DNA of 64,000 nt from Selaginella moellendorffii (Eukaryota > Plantae > Lycopodiophyta), in the NCBI RefSeq assembly GCF_000143415.4, contig NW_003314262.1:5225876-5289875 (forward strand). The letters run 5' to 3'. This document shows, piece after piece, positions 24,801 to 35,542 of this stretch (position 1 is the first letter of the stretch; each line of letters begins with the position of its first letter). The notes below the pieces were generated by a model, which saw nothing but the letters and a program-made list of their open reading frames with translations, made no database searches and was not told where the DNA came from. A program made the position numbers and the translations under genes.

Positions 24801-25537
24801 CTCTTCGAGTTTCCCCCTTCTTTGCAAACTCTGGCCGAAATCCCCGATTCAATCTCTCACTTCCTTCTCCATCTGAATCCTCTTGTTCAAATCCCCGCTC
24901 TGAGGCATTTATCTCCAACCTCCAGAAAATCCACAACTCCATCTCCTTCCACCTCCATCGTGCTCAGGAATCTCATAAAACATTTGCCAATGTCCATCGT
25001 CAGGATTGTCCCCCTTACAATATCGGGGATAAAGTTTGGCTCCTCAGGCGAAATATCTCCACCACCAGGCCCTGTCCAAAACTCGATTTCAAACGCCTTG
25101 GTCCTTTCCCTATCACTGCCATCATTAATCCTGTCACTTATCGCCTTGCACTTCCCTCCTCATATCAAATTCACCCCGTTTTTCACTCCTCTCTCCTTGA
25201 GCCTTATATTCCCAGTCCTATTCCAAATCGGGTCATTCCTCCGCCTCCACCAGTGCAGCTCGAGGATGGGTCTGAGTACGAGGTTCAGGACATCCTTGAT
25301 TCCAAGATTTCACGGTCTAAACTCTACTATCTGGTGGACTAGAAGGGTTACGGACCTGAGGAACGCACTTGGGAACCTGCGGACAACCTGATTCATTCTC
25401 CTGATCTTGTTCAGGACTTCCACCGCCGCTATCCTTCTCGTCCCAGTCCTCATTCTTTTTCTCCATCTCCCATCCCTCGCCGCTCATCTCATCCTCCTCT
25501 TCGTTCTCGTTCACATCCTCGTTCCACTCGTTCTTGA
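21789..25537 (+). pseudogene. pol: Retrotransposon Pol (protease, RT, RNase H, integrase, chromodomain) in the -1 frame, with disabling mutations
   Basis: ALLDSGATSCF, YLDDILIYS, EADASDFAIG, zinc-finger residues H..H..CDTC, SDRGPQF, GPF, and chromodomain [26 protein letters not shown]. Stops at 22224, 24369 and 25340, and a frameshift near 24375. Confidence 0.93.
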
Positions 25538-25548
25538 GGAGGGGGTGC

Positions 25549-25935
25549 TATCAGGAATTCCCCAATTCTTGCCACATTCTTGACTCTTGCCGGATTCCTG
25601 ACCTGCAAACCACATTCCTGACTCTCGAGACACTTCCCTATTCCTGACTCTCGAGACACTTCCCTATTCCTGACTCTCGAGACACTTCCCGATTCCTGAG
25701 TCTCGAGCCACATTCCTGATGATGATGTGGCACCTCCTCGACCTCAACTATATTTAGGCCGTCCTCGATTCAAGAGTGGTGGAGCTTCATCAACCTATAG
25801 TATATATAGATTAGCCTTGTTCCATTTCTCCACAATCTGAATCAACACCAGTCTAAGGCCTCTTCTTTGTTTTCACTAGCTTTTTCTCTTTATCTTTAGC
25901 ATTTTCCAGTCTTGATCTTGTTGGGGGTCTTGACA
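25549..25935 (+). repeat. 3' LTR (387 bp)
   Basis: Matches the 5' LTR, but starts TA instead of TG and has one extra 26-bp unit. Confidence 0.95.
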
Positions 25936-26077
25936 GGCCCTAGCCTCAACCTCAAATCAGTTTGGACGCACCACTAGAGAGTTCCTTCAAGACCACTATC
26001 CCTACTATACTTTTGGAACCCCCTGCAGCCCCGGGAGATGCACGCTTTGGGCTTTCACCCCTTGATCTGTATTAGTA

Positions 26078-26376
26078 CTCGGACTCGGTCTCGGACTTGA
26101 TCTTGGACTCGATCTCGGACTCGATCTCGAACCCGACTTCGGATTCAGTCTCGGACTCGATCTCGGACCCGACTTCGGATTCGGTCTCGGACTCGACTTT
26201 GGACTCGATCTCAGACTCGGTCTTGGACCTGTTTTCGGATCTCGGACTCTGTCTCGAACTCGGTCTTGAACTCGGTCTCGAACTCGGTCTCCAAGTCGGC
26301 GTCGGACTAGATTCCGGATTCCATCTCGAACTCGGTCTTAGAGTCAGTCTTGGACTCGATCTCAGACTCGGTCCCA
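26078..26376. repeat. Degenerate 6/12-bp tandem array (ggactc gatctc)n, about 50 hexamers
   Basis: Direct reading ggactcggtctcggacttgatcttggactcgatctc... The ESEIES and DSISDS ORFs are by-products of the repeat. Confidence 0.9.
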
Positions 26377-26835
26377 TCTGATGAACTTTTTGTCATTTCA
26401 GTCATTCTTTCGGGGATCCTTTAGCCTATGACACCTCGGGGAGTTAGTTCCTTACAGCAGGATTGTTGCGCAGTTATAGCACTTTACTTTAATGTTTTAT
26501 TTTTTTCCTTTTTTGTTTTAGTGCTACGTAATAGCAAATCCTTTAATATACTGAATTACGCTTTGCTTTGGCTGTTAGTGGGTCTCACTTCTCTTGATTT
26601 TCTTAAATTAATCAAATTCCTTTGGTTAGAACATAAAAAATAAAATATTTTTATAACAAATTTATTCTATCTTTTCAAAATTTTATTTGTTATCACTATA
26701 ACATCATTGAACACAACTTTAAAAATTTAATTAATTTCAAATAAAATAAAATAATCATTTTGAAATGACATTATACTAATTACATCATAAACTAAGTAAA
26801 ACAAAAAAGTTTTAAACTCAATCGCCATGAAATAT

Positions 26836-29369
26836 TTAAAGAAGTCGAGAGCCAAGAACTCTGTATGCCACAGACGCTGTCATCTTTCTCACGCCACAAA
26901 TACTCCTCAATTTCACGAGCAAATCCTCCTCTTGCTCCTCATCCGAATCATACCCCCGGAGTCTCTCCATGAAGTTGAAAGCCTGCTGCGAATCCAAAGC
27001 CAGTAGCTTCGCCGCATCGCTCACTGCCGAGAAGAAGCTGGCCGGGCGAGCGCAGTAAGGCCGGAAGATGAGAAACAAGGCTTTCACGTCCGCTCCAAAC
27101 TGTCGGGCACCCTGCTCCGAGAATCGAGCACCGCCGAGAACCAGTCCCAGGAAGAGTAGCTGATCGAGACTCGGGATCAACCGCTGCCACAGCTCCACAA
27201 AGTTGGCCTGATCGAGGCTGTTCTTAAGAGAGCTAAGCTGGCTCTGGAGTGCTGCCAGTGCGTCCACCAAGCTTCCAGACGGTGCGTCTTCGAAGCTTGG
27301 AGCCCACTCTTCGGACCATCTCTTCTTGTTGCGGAAGTACTCACGGCAGCGAACGTCGAATCCTCTCGACACCACCGAGACCAGCTTCCCGATCCAGCTG
27401 CTTCGGAATCTCGACAGCTTCTCCAACTGCGAGTCAAAAACCGAGCCTTGAATCTGCGCGAGCTCCTCCTCGGCCGCTGGAGAAAAACCTGGCGAGTTCT
27501 CCTGGAGCTCCGCGAGCCTGAGTTCCAGAAAGAAGAAATCCTCGCACCAGTCCCTGACCGTGTTCTCGCAGTAGCGAGCTGCGTTGAGGCAGACACCGAC
27601 TTTGATCATCGAAGGCTCATCGGCGAGAGCCGTCACTGCCTCACTCTCCTGGCATCTCTGCAAGAGCTCGTCGATAAACTCGTCCAAAACCGGCAGTGCC
27701 GTTTTCCTCACGAACAGTAGCCGCTGGCTGGCCTCGGGCAAAGTCCTGCATCGATCAACCAAGTTCCAAGCGGCGCTAGTGAGCCGATAAGCTGCTAGCG
27801 GGGGCTTAAACTCGGTAGAGCCCGAGATCGAGCTCGCGGAGTTTATCTTCCAAGCCGCTTCGTTCCCATACTCCACCGCCATCTTTCTTCTCGCGTCACC
27901 TAGCTCGAGCCTAGTCCAAACTTCCAACCAGTCTCCACGGTCCGAGAACACGGCAATGCAAGCCCGACGGACCCCAAAAACACTGCTCGAGAGTTGCTCG
28001 TCACCGCTGCTCATTCCGATCCCTTTCGCAACCAGAGCTTGCATTTTGGAGTCGAAGGACAGCGTCTGATCGACTGTGTGTAGCCAAACCGTGGAGGCCT
28101 GATCGGACAGAGAATCCTCCAAGTCTTCCATGAGAGTCGGCAAAGCCCACCGTCGTAAGTGCTCCGCCACCATAGCCACCAGGGATGATATCCACTCTTC
28201 TCTCGCACTGTATCCCAGGAACTCTTCGTCCAACATCGGCTGGAGAAGAGCGTCCACTACCGCTACGTGTTGCTGCGTGATCCTGTAAGCTAGAGCGAAG
28301 ACGAACTCTGGCTTGTGGAGCCACTTCTTGAAGTGGACCTCGGCTTTCGCTGTTATCGGATGCACCAGCTCTTCGATCGACCACAGTGCCTCGCGAGGAG
28401 CTGGAGTCTTGTCTCTATATCCTCGAAACTCACGACGCCTCCGCTGGATTTGCCCGGCCTGGAACCTCGAGAGCGAGACAAAGCTCTCGCGGAACTTTCT
28501 CTTGGCGTCGCCTTGGAGCTGGAGCAGCGGGTGTGATTTGGCTTGCTGATCATCCCTGTCGCCGGAGATGGAGAGTGGAGGCGGCCAGCCTATGGAAATG
28601 ACGATGGAGCGATAGTCCGAGATTACCACTGGCCGGAGAGCTGCTGCTGCTCGATCCACACGGACGTCCACAGCGGAGATGAGACGATCCCATTGCGGCT
28701 GGCACTCGACGATCTCGCCCATCAACTTCTCGATCGCGGCCAGGGAATTCACAGCCGAGATCACGAACTGTCCAGCCTGAAAGGAAAGAGTAGTGGAGTT
28801 TTAGCCAGCGATCGCGAAATAACTCGTAAACAAAGATCGCTACTCGCTAAAAAATCTATGTGAAACTAGAGAGAGCTACAGTGCTATCCAGCATTGGCAA
28901 AAGAACTATATGATCCAGGGAAGAATTCGCGTACCTGAGAAGAGGGAGATCCAGCAGCTCCTCGGCTCACGACCGGCGTGGAGGACGCCGCCGCGAACAC
29001 TCCATCCTCCAAATCCCCGACGAGCCTCTCGAGCTGGAGCACTGCATCGACATAAGCCCTAACTTGGGCGACGCGCGACACTTCCTCCGCCAGATCGCTC
29101 AGCTCCCGCAAGAGCTCCGGCTCCGCCCCTGGCGGCGACGACGACGACGATCGCTCCTCGCAGAATCCACACAGCGCCTCGAGAGACACCGCGATGGCGT
29201 GCATTTGGGCCGATCCATCGGCCGCTGCGTGGCGCGCCCGCGATCGTGCGTCCTGAAGCTTGACCTCGAGCTGGCCGCATTCCGATTCCAGATCCTGCTG
29301 CAAGGTGTGGAGGTTTGCGAGATCATTGGCACCGTGGAAGTAGGAATCCAGGAGCTGGGATACTTCCAT
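26836..29369 (-). CDS. MAG2: RINT1/TIP20-like ER tethering factor (MAIGO2 family), 2 exons
   Basis: LERLVGDLED, QWDRLISAVDVRVD, IGWPPPL, LWSIEELVHPI...HFKKWLHKPEFVFAL, YSAREEW and FRPYCARPASFF. Intron at about 28777-28935. Confidence 0.9.
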
Positions 29370-29931
29370 TTGGGAAGAACCCTAGAACCCTTTATTTCTA
29401 GGGCTCTTATTGTCCTTCTCCTCCGTCTTCTCGCCGGGGCCAAGAGGTATGTCGCTATGAGCTCCTATAGCTAGCTTGTTTCGTTCATAGCTTAGCTCGC
29501 TGGATCAAGGCATTTTTTTTCTCTCGAAATGGTGCTGCTCGATCAGGCATTTTTTCCTCTTCATTCTTTTGCTCTTCGCTCTCGCTGGATCAAACAGTTA
29601 GCTGTGGTATTGTCTTCGCTCGATCAAGCCATTCTTTTGCTCTTTTCTTCGTGTGCATTGCTTGTTTTTCTTCCATTTTTTCTTCTTAGCTTTTGAGCTG
29701 ACAAATCTTCTCTTTTTTTTCCCCCATAGCTAACTTGTTTCGATCAAACAGTCAGCTGGGATTTTTTTTTGTCTATCTTCGCATTTTCTGCTAATCTCTT
29801 CGTTCGATCAAGCATTTTTTCCTCTTTAGCAGTGGCATTCTTTTGCTCTTTTCTTTTGTGTTCATTGCTTGTTCTTCCATTTTTCGTCGTAGCATGGAGT
29901 TGACAAATCCTCTCTTTGCTACCAGGAACAC

Positions 29932-31119
29932 ATGTTTAATTCTCATGCTGTGACAAAGTTCCGCAGCGTTCTCTCGTCGGCATCGAGGAAGAGAATTCGT
30001 CTTCATGAATCTCCTCGACAAGAGCCCTTCAAACAGCTCCTTTCGCCACTGCCGGTATTTATTCCCAACGCTCACTTCTCGCGGAAGGCTTTCAAAGAAG
30101 CTCCTGCCAAGGAGAGATCTCCAAATGCCTCCGGACCGCGGCAGTACCCGGAAGTTCACAGCCAGCTCCGAATGAGAAACTCAGCTGCTCGGCCAGTCGA
30201 GGAAGACGAGCTCGGCTTTGAAGAGCAGGCCGAGGGTGAGATTTACGTCGATCAACCAGAGGCCTACGTTCCCGTGGAGGCTCGTTTCTTCGCGCGAAGC
30301 GTCGACTTGAGAACACTCGCTCAAGAGAAGTCACTCGACATTGCGGTTTCACGAAACCACTTGATCATCCGGCTCAAAGACGCTGCTTCTTCGAGTTCTC
30401 CCGCTGCCGAGGTGACTGGAGTTCCAACCATCGATTGCTGGAACGACGAAGGCTACATGGTCATCTTTAACTATGGAACCGCGGTGCTCTTCAACGTTGC
30501 TCCAGGAAAGGAGGAGGAGTATCTCAAGACAGTGAAGCAGCACTCCAAAGGCGTGTTTGACGAGCCAAACCGAGACAACTACTGTGTGGTAGTGAGGCCA
30601 ACTTTGGATAAATGGAGCGAAGGCTCGGTGGACAGGATCATGGTGAAGGAACTCGACGTGAACAGCATCCGTGTGGTGGCCGTGATATTGAGCCAGAGCA
30701 TCGCGCTGGATCATTACACTAAACAGATCGACGCCATGCTGAAATCCTTCGACGATCTCAACTTCATCATGCAGCAAACTGGGACTTTTAATCTCCAGCG
30801 GCGTGAGCTCTTCAAGCTTGTCGCGTCCGTCAACACGGCTCTCGCGGAGACGATCCTCAAGGCTGGACTGTTGGAGAGGTCCGACGTAGCCTGGCAGAAC
30901 GCAAACTATGATAGCATCTGGGCCTTCATGCGCGAAGAGTTTGAGCTCGAGGACAGGTTTGAGAGCCTGGAAAAGAAGACCGGGATTATCCAGCACAACG
31001 TAGCGTTCTTCCTCGACATCCTACAGAACCGCAAGTCGGACTCCCTGGAGTGGATAATCATCGTTCTCATAGCTGCGGATATATGCGTGAGCTTGTACGA
31101 GATATTCCACGGCACGTGA
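29932..31119 (+). CDS. RRG: RMD1/DUF155 family protein (RETARDED ROOT GROWTH-like)
   Basis: VIFNYGTAVLFN, ILSQSIALDHY, LLERSDVAWQNANY, EEFELEDRF and RKSDSLEWIIIVLI. Confidence 0.9.
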   Translation: MFNSHAVTKFRSVLSSASRKRIRLHESPRQEPFKQLLSPLPVFIPNAHFSRKAFKEAPAKERSPNASGPRQYPEVHSQLRMRNSAARPVEEDELGFEEQAEGEIYVDQPEAYVPVEARFFARSVDLRTLAQEKSLDIAVSRNHLIIRLKDAASSSSPAAEVTGVPTIDCWNDEGYMVIFNYGTAVLFNVAPGKEEEYLKTVKQHSKGVFDEPNRDNYCVVVRPTLDKWSEGSVDRIMVKELDVNSIRVVAVILSQSIALDHYTKQIDAMLKSFDDLNFIMQQTGTFNLQRRELFKLVASVNTALAETILKAGLLERSDVAWQNANYDSIWAFMREEFELEDRFESLEKKTGIIQHNVAFFLDILQNRKSDSLEWIIIVLIAADICVSLYEIFHGT

Positions 31120-31283
31120 AGATCTTTATTCAGGTTCGACTTCGAGAGTTTACAAAGAAAAAACAAACTTACGTTTATCTTGGCGTTTCTGAATCAGGTC
31201 CCGCGCTTCTGTGCGCTACAGGAAGGTACAGATGAATTCTACTCTTGAAACACTACAGGTTGTTGATATTGTTTTGCCAGAGG

Positions 31284-33138
31284 TCAAAATGCGATCTTTT
31301 CGTCGAGTGTTGTCCTTGGTCCGGTGTATGTCCACTTGCCATACACTTGCCAGTAGACGACACCGACTCCAATCGTTCCAACGAGCGACAACGGGGTGTA
31401 GTTGAAGCTCTGGATTCCAATGGGAAACTTTGGCGGCAGGCAGAAAAGAATTGTAATGAGAATCCCCCAGAGGCTTCCCCAAGCTCCAAGGTAGACTCCA
31501 AAGCCATGTAGAGTATACGGTCCTGGTGGGTGCTTCTTACCGCTCGGTGCGTGCTTGCAGAAGAGAACTATGATGTAAGGTATCCAGGCAGTGACAGTCG
31601 ACATGGCTGCTATAGCAGTGAAGGCCACGGAGCTCCCGGAAGATGGTAGAGTTGCTAGGAAGGCAATAGCAACAGTGGCAAAGGTGGCGTTCACAGGGAC
31701 TTTCTCTCGAGCAGTCAGTCTAGTGAGGAAGGCTTGGAAGGGAATGCTGGCGTCTCTAGCCATGGCATAGACCTGTGGAGAAAACGGCTTAGCAGGAAAC
31801 ATCGTGAAGTTTACTTACGCATCGAGCAGTCAGTGTGACGTTGATAATGTTGGCGAAGAACAACGACGTTGCTGCGAGACCCGTGAAGAGGACCGCTCCA
31901 ACGTTTCCACGTTTGAATCTGGCTTCAAAGCAATCGTAGAAGAGCTGGATTCCAGCCGACTCGAGTCCTCCACCTGGAAAAAGAACTCGATCCCGGCCAA
32001 GATCATCTTAAAGTTTACCAGTTGCTGTGTCGAAGGCTAGCAGATTCTCGGGCTTTTGGATGCAGAAGGTCATGATGAAGAGCAGCAGCATATCGATCCC
32101 GGCTGTGAGATAAGCGCTTCGTATCATAGCACGGGGACCAGCAATGGCCGCAGTTTTTACTTCCTCGACAATGTGGGATCCGACATCAAAGCCCGTGAGC
32201 ATAGCCTTGGAGGAAAAAAGAGCAAGCTTGAGAGAAAGAAGTGGCAGAACAGGATCTCACCTGAAAGTAAGGCAGTCCAGCAGCCGCGATCATCCACGAG
32301 CTGTGGAGCTCTTGGCCAGGAGCTCTCACGAATTCCGTGAAGACAAACTTGGGGCTCTGGAACTTGGGACTGATCCCGAGGAGTGTGACACCGACAATGA
32401 AAGTCGCAGCCATTTGGAACCAAGCTCCAGCACTGCTCAAGTATCCCAGCCATTTCGAACTGACGACTGACACTCCCAAGTGAGCGGCAAATGCCAATGT
32501 GGTGACGAGCGTGACCTTCACAGCAAACCAAGTAAGCATCCCAAAACTTTCTTCTTCTCAAAGCCTACTTGATAGCTGGACAGATTGAAGCCGCCACCCT
32601 GCGCTCCTCCAGTGCTGAGAAGTATCATCTTCTGAGCAAACTTCGCGAGAAGGTACTCGTTGAGCGCGGTTCCACAGAGAGCTCCGACCAGGTAGATCCA
32701 GCCGACGAGCCACGAAAGCCAGTGCATGCCCGGACAGAGCTGCGCAACCCAGTAGTAGACGCTCCCAAGAGTCGGGAAGGTGGAGTAAACTTCGGCAATA
32801 GCGAGCAGCACGCTCAAAGTTCCGAGAGTGGTGACGAGCATTCCCCAGAAGATGACGAGCGGGCCACCATAGCAGTACATGTAACCGTAGTATCCAGTGA
32901 CGAAGCCGAGCGGGGCGGTGTAGGAGAAAGTATAGGCGAACTGCTGGAAAGGTGTCATGACGCGCCGGTACTCCTGCTTGTAGCCGAGCTCGTTGAGCCG
33001 CCTCTCGTCCTCGTCTCCATCGAGCTTTGGATGGCGAGCTCCATCAAGATTTGGATCGCGAGCTCCTCCGGCTTTTGGATCACCAGCAACACCATCGTCT
33101 CCATCGAGTTTTATGGAGACGAGCTCGCAGCTGCTCAT
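31284..33138 (-). CDS. BAT1: Amino-acid / GABA permease, BAT1-like (APC superfamily), multi-exon
   Basis: DERRLNELGYKQEYRR, AEVYSTFPTLGSVYYW, GFDVGSHIVEE, VYAMARD..IPF and SFNYTP...WTYTGPR. Confidence 0.9.
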
Positions 33139-34200
33139 TGCGAGAGAGGCGGAGGAGGAGCAAGCTACTTACAGAGGTATAGTCTTTTAAGAGTTTCCCA
33201 TATCGTCCATCTCTTTTCCTTGTTTTTCTTCTGTTCGTACTGGCAGTGCCCATATGGCATGGGAAGAAAAGCCTGCAACGCAATGCATTGATGGTCTGGT
33301 AAGGAGCGACAGGAGGAAGTTGATGGCTTCCACTCTGTAAGTTGGTGTGAAACTAAGAGAACTCTACTTCTCTTTTATTCTACTTCCTGTCTATATTCTA
33401 AAACGGTTTGACAGGCACAAAATGGTAGTGTATTTTCTCACTTCAGCAGCCACACGCACGGGGCAATTGTTGGTAGAGCTCTTTTCACTCTTCTACAAAG
33501 TAAGTGTTCTGTGTTTAGTCTTTGATATTCATTCGCTTTGAAAGAAACTAACCTTCTGATCTCCTCGCTCTCCATTTTGCCGAGACAGATTTCCGAGAGA
33601 ACGAGATCTTGGTTATATTATCAGAAGTTTGTGCATGATCATCTTATAATCTACTTCCAGTGAGTGCTTTCGTTACAGAAGAAGTGAAAGAAGAACTCAT
33701 AGCTGCCATGCTCGTTACGAAGAACTATAGAAATTTTATTCGGAACTCCATCTCCAAGCTGATCCATTGTTAGTTTGTCACATCTTGGGTTCCACGTCAA
33801 TCTGGAAACTACCAGGTCACCTTATATAGTTTGATACCGTGTGTCTCACTCGTCCATGGACAACAAAACGTGATAAATTTCCGTCCTTGATATCCATGTT
33901 TTTAAGTCCTTGACGGCACCTCGACGGAATATCCGCTACCCGCATATTCCGCCGCGAAACCGTCCAGGTACAATGCACAGCGCAGCCTCACGTGTACTTA
34001 TCCCGGATCCCTCGATCCAACGGCCCATAACGTTCCAGCTTTTCTTGGAACTCTTTCTCGTGGCGAAGTTCCTTTTAAACATCACATAAACTTCGATCCA
34101 AAGAGGCTATACATCATCGCTCTCCAAAACAGGCTATACATCATCGTTCTCCTTATAGATCACAGTTCTCCCAGGCTCTAGATCATATCCATAGTTCTCC

Positions 34201-35526
34201 ATGGACAGCTCCACCAAGCGAGGAGGATCAGGATCCGCGAGTGGCTTCTTCCAGGACCGCTACTCGGCAAAGCGCCCAAGAGCATCATCGCCGCCGCCAC
34301 CCCTCGATCCGGAAGAGGGCCTCGTCTCCATCCGCCACGAATTCGGCGAGCACGGCGGCGTCAACATGTCCATCGAGGCCTCCTCCACCTTCACGGTGAT
34401 GGAGGCCGAGACCATGGCCAAGATGTTCAAAGGTGAGCTCGGACCGGACCGCGACTTCTACATCTACAGCCGCCACTTCAACCCCACGGTGCTCAACCTG
34501 GGCCGCCAGATCGCCGCCATGGAGGGCACCCAGGCCGCCTACTGCACCGCCAGCGGCATGTCTGCGGTAGCCAGCGTCATACTGCAGCTGTGCGACGCCG
34601 GCGACCACGTCGTCGCCTCCAACCGCCTCTACGGCGGCACCTACGCGCTGCTGCGTCACTTCCTCCCGCGCACCTGCGGCATCGCCACCACCTTCGTGGA
34701 CGTGACCGACACCGCCGCGGTGGAGCGCGCGGTGGCGTCGCGCGGCACCAAGATCCTCTACGTGGAGTCCATCGCCAACCCGGTGCTCACCGTCGCGGAC
34801 ATCCCCGCGCTGGCTGCCATCGCCCACGCTCGCAGCGCCGCGCTGGTGGTGGACAACACCTTCGCGCCCATGGTTCTCTCGCCGGCGCGGCTCGGCGCGG
34901 ACGTGGTCGTGCACAGCATCTCCAAGTTCATCAGCGGGCAGAGCGACGTGATCGCTGGCGCGGTGTGTGGCCCGGCGGCGCTCATCCGCGACATGATGGG
35001 ACTCCAGCACGGAGCTCTGATGCTGCTCGGCCCGACCATGAATCCAACAGTCGCGTTTCACGTATCGGGCAGGCTCGCGCATCTCGGACTAAGAATGCGC
35101 GAGCACTCGTCCCGGGCGATGGAGTTTGCGAAGAGGATGAAGAGCATGGGTCTCAAGGTGATATATCCGGGCCTGGAGGATCACCCCCAGCACGAACTTC
35201 TCAAAGCGCTGGGGAACGAAGGCTATGGCTATGGCGGGGTGGTGGCGGTGGACTTGGACACGGACGAGCGGGCCAACCGGTTCATGCACTACTTGCAGAA
35301 CTTCACCGGGTTTGGGCTCATGGCGGTGAGCCTCGGCTACCACGAGACGCTCATGTCGTGCTCGTCCTCGAGCACGAGTAGCGAGCTGAACGAGGCGGAG
35401 AGGGCCGAGGCCGGCGTTGGAGCCGGGCTTGTGAGGCTGTCGGTGGGATACACTGGGACGCTGGAGCAGCGGTGGAAGCAGCTGCATGATGCGATTGTGG
35501 CGCTCGGCATAGCTCGGAAAGCTTAG
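34201..35526 (+). CDS. MGL: Methionine gamma-lyase (PLP-dependent Cys/Met metabolism family), intronless
   Basis: RHEFGEHGGVNMSIEASSTFTVM, YSRHFNPTV, VVDNTF, HSISKFISG (PLP lysine) and MAVSLGYHETLMSCS. Confidence 0.96.
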   Translation: MDSSTKRGGSGSASGFFQDRYSAKRPRASSPPPPLDPEEGLVSIRHEFGEHGGVNMSIEASSTFTVMEAETMAKMFKGELGPDRDFYIYSRHFNPTVLNLGRQIAAMEGTQAAYCTASGMSAVASVILQLCDAGDHVVASNRLYGGTYALLRHFLPRTCGIATTFVDVTDTAAVERAVASRGTKILYVESIANPVLTVADIPALAAIAHARSAALVVDNTFAPMVLSPARLGADVVVHSISKFISGQSDVIAGAVCGPAALIRDMMGLQHGALMLLGPTMNPTVAFHVSGRLAHLGLRMREHSSRAMEFAKRMKSMGLKVIYPGLEDHPQHELLKALGNEGYGYGGVVAVDLDTDERANRFMHYLQNFTGFGLMAVSLGYHETLMSCSSSSTSSELNEAERAEAGVGAGLVRLSVGYTGTLEQRWKQLHDAIVALGIARKA

Positions 35527-35542
35527 CTTGTAAATGATTTGA

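Larger units (their letters stand above)
20387..25935 (+). mobile_element. Full-length Ty3/gypsy chromovirus LTR retrotransposon (Tf1/sushi/Tcn1-like), coding-defective
   Basis: Near-identical LTRs at 20387-20747 and 25549-25935, 5-bp TSD GGCCC on both sides, polypurine tract gaggaggggg at 25536-25545, and gene order gag-PR-RT-RH-IN-chromodomain. Confidence 0.97.
19755..26057 (-). mobile_element. Older LTR (about 750 bp, split into 19755-20386 and 25936-26057) interrupted by the chromovirus
   Basis: On the minus strand it starts TGAAAGCCCAAAGCGTG after gggg and ends GGCTTACA (imperfect terminal inverted repeats). The same start and the motif ctatccctacta occur in the LTR at 57848-58526. Confidence 0.6.

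Noticed and set aside
26072-26381. ORFs encoding ESEIES / DSISDS repeats
   Set aside because: They are translations of the hexamer array on both strands, with no gene context.
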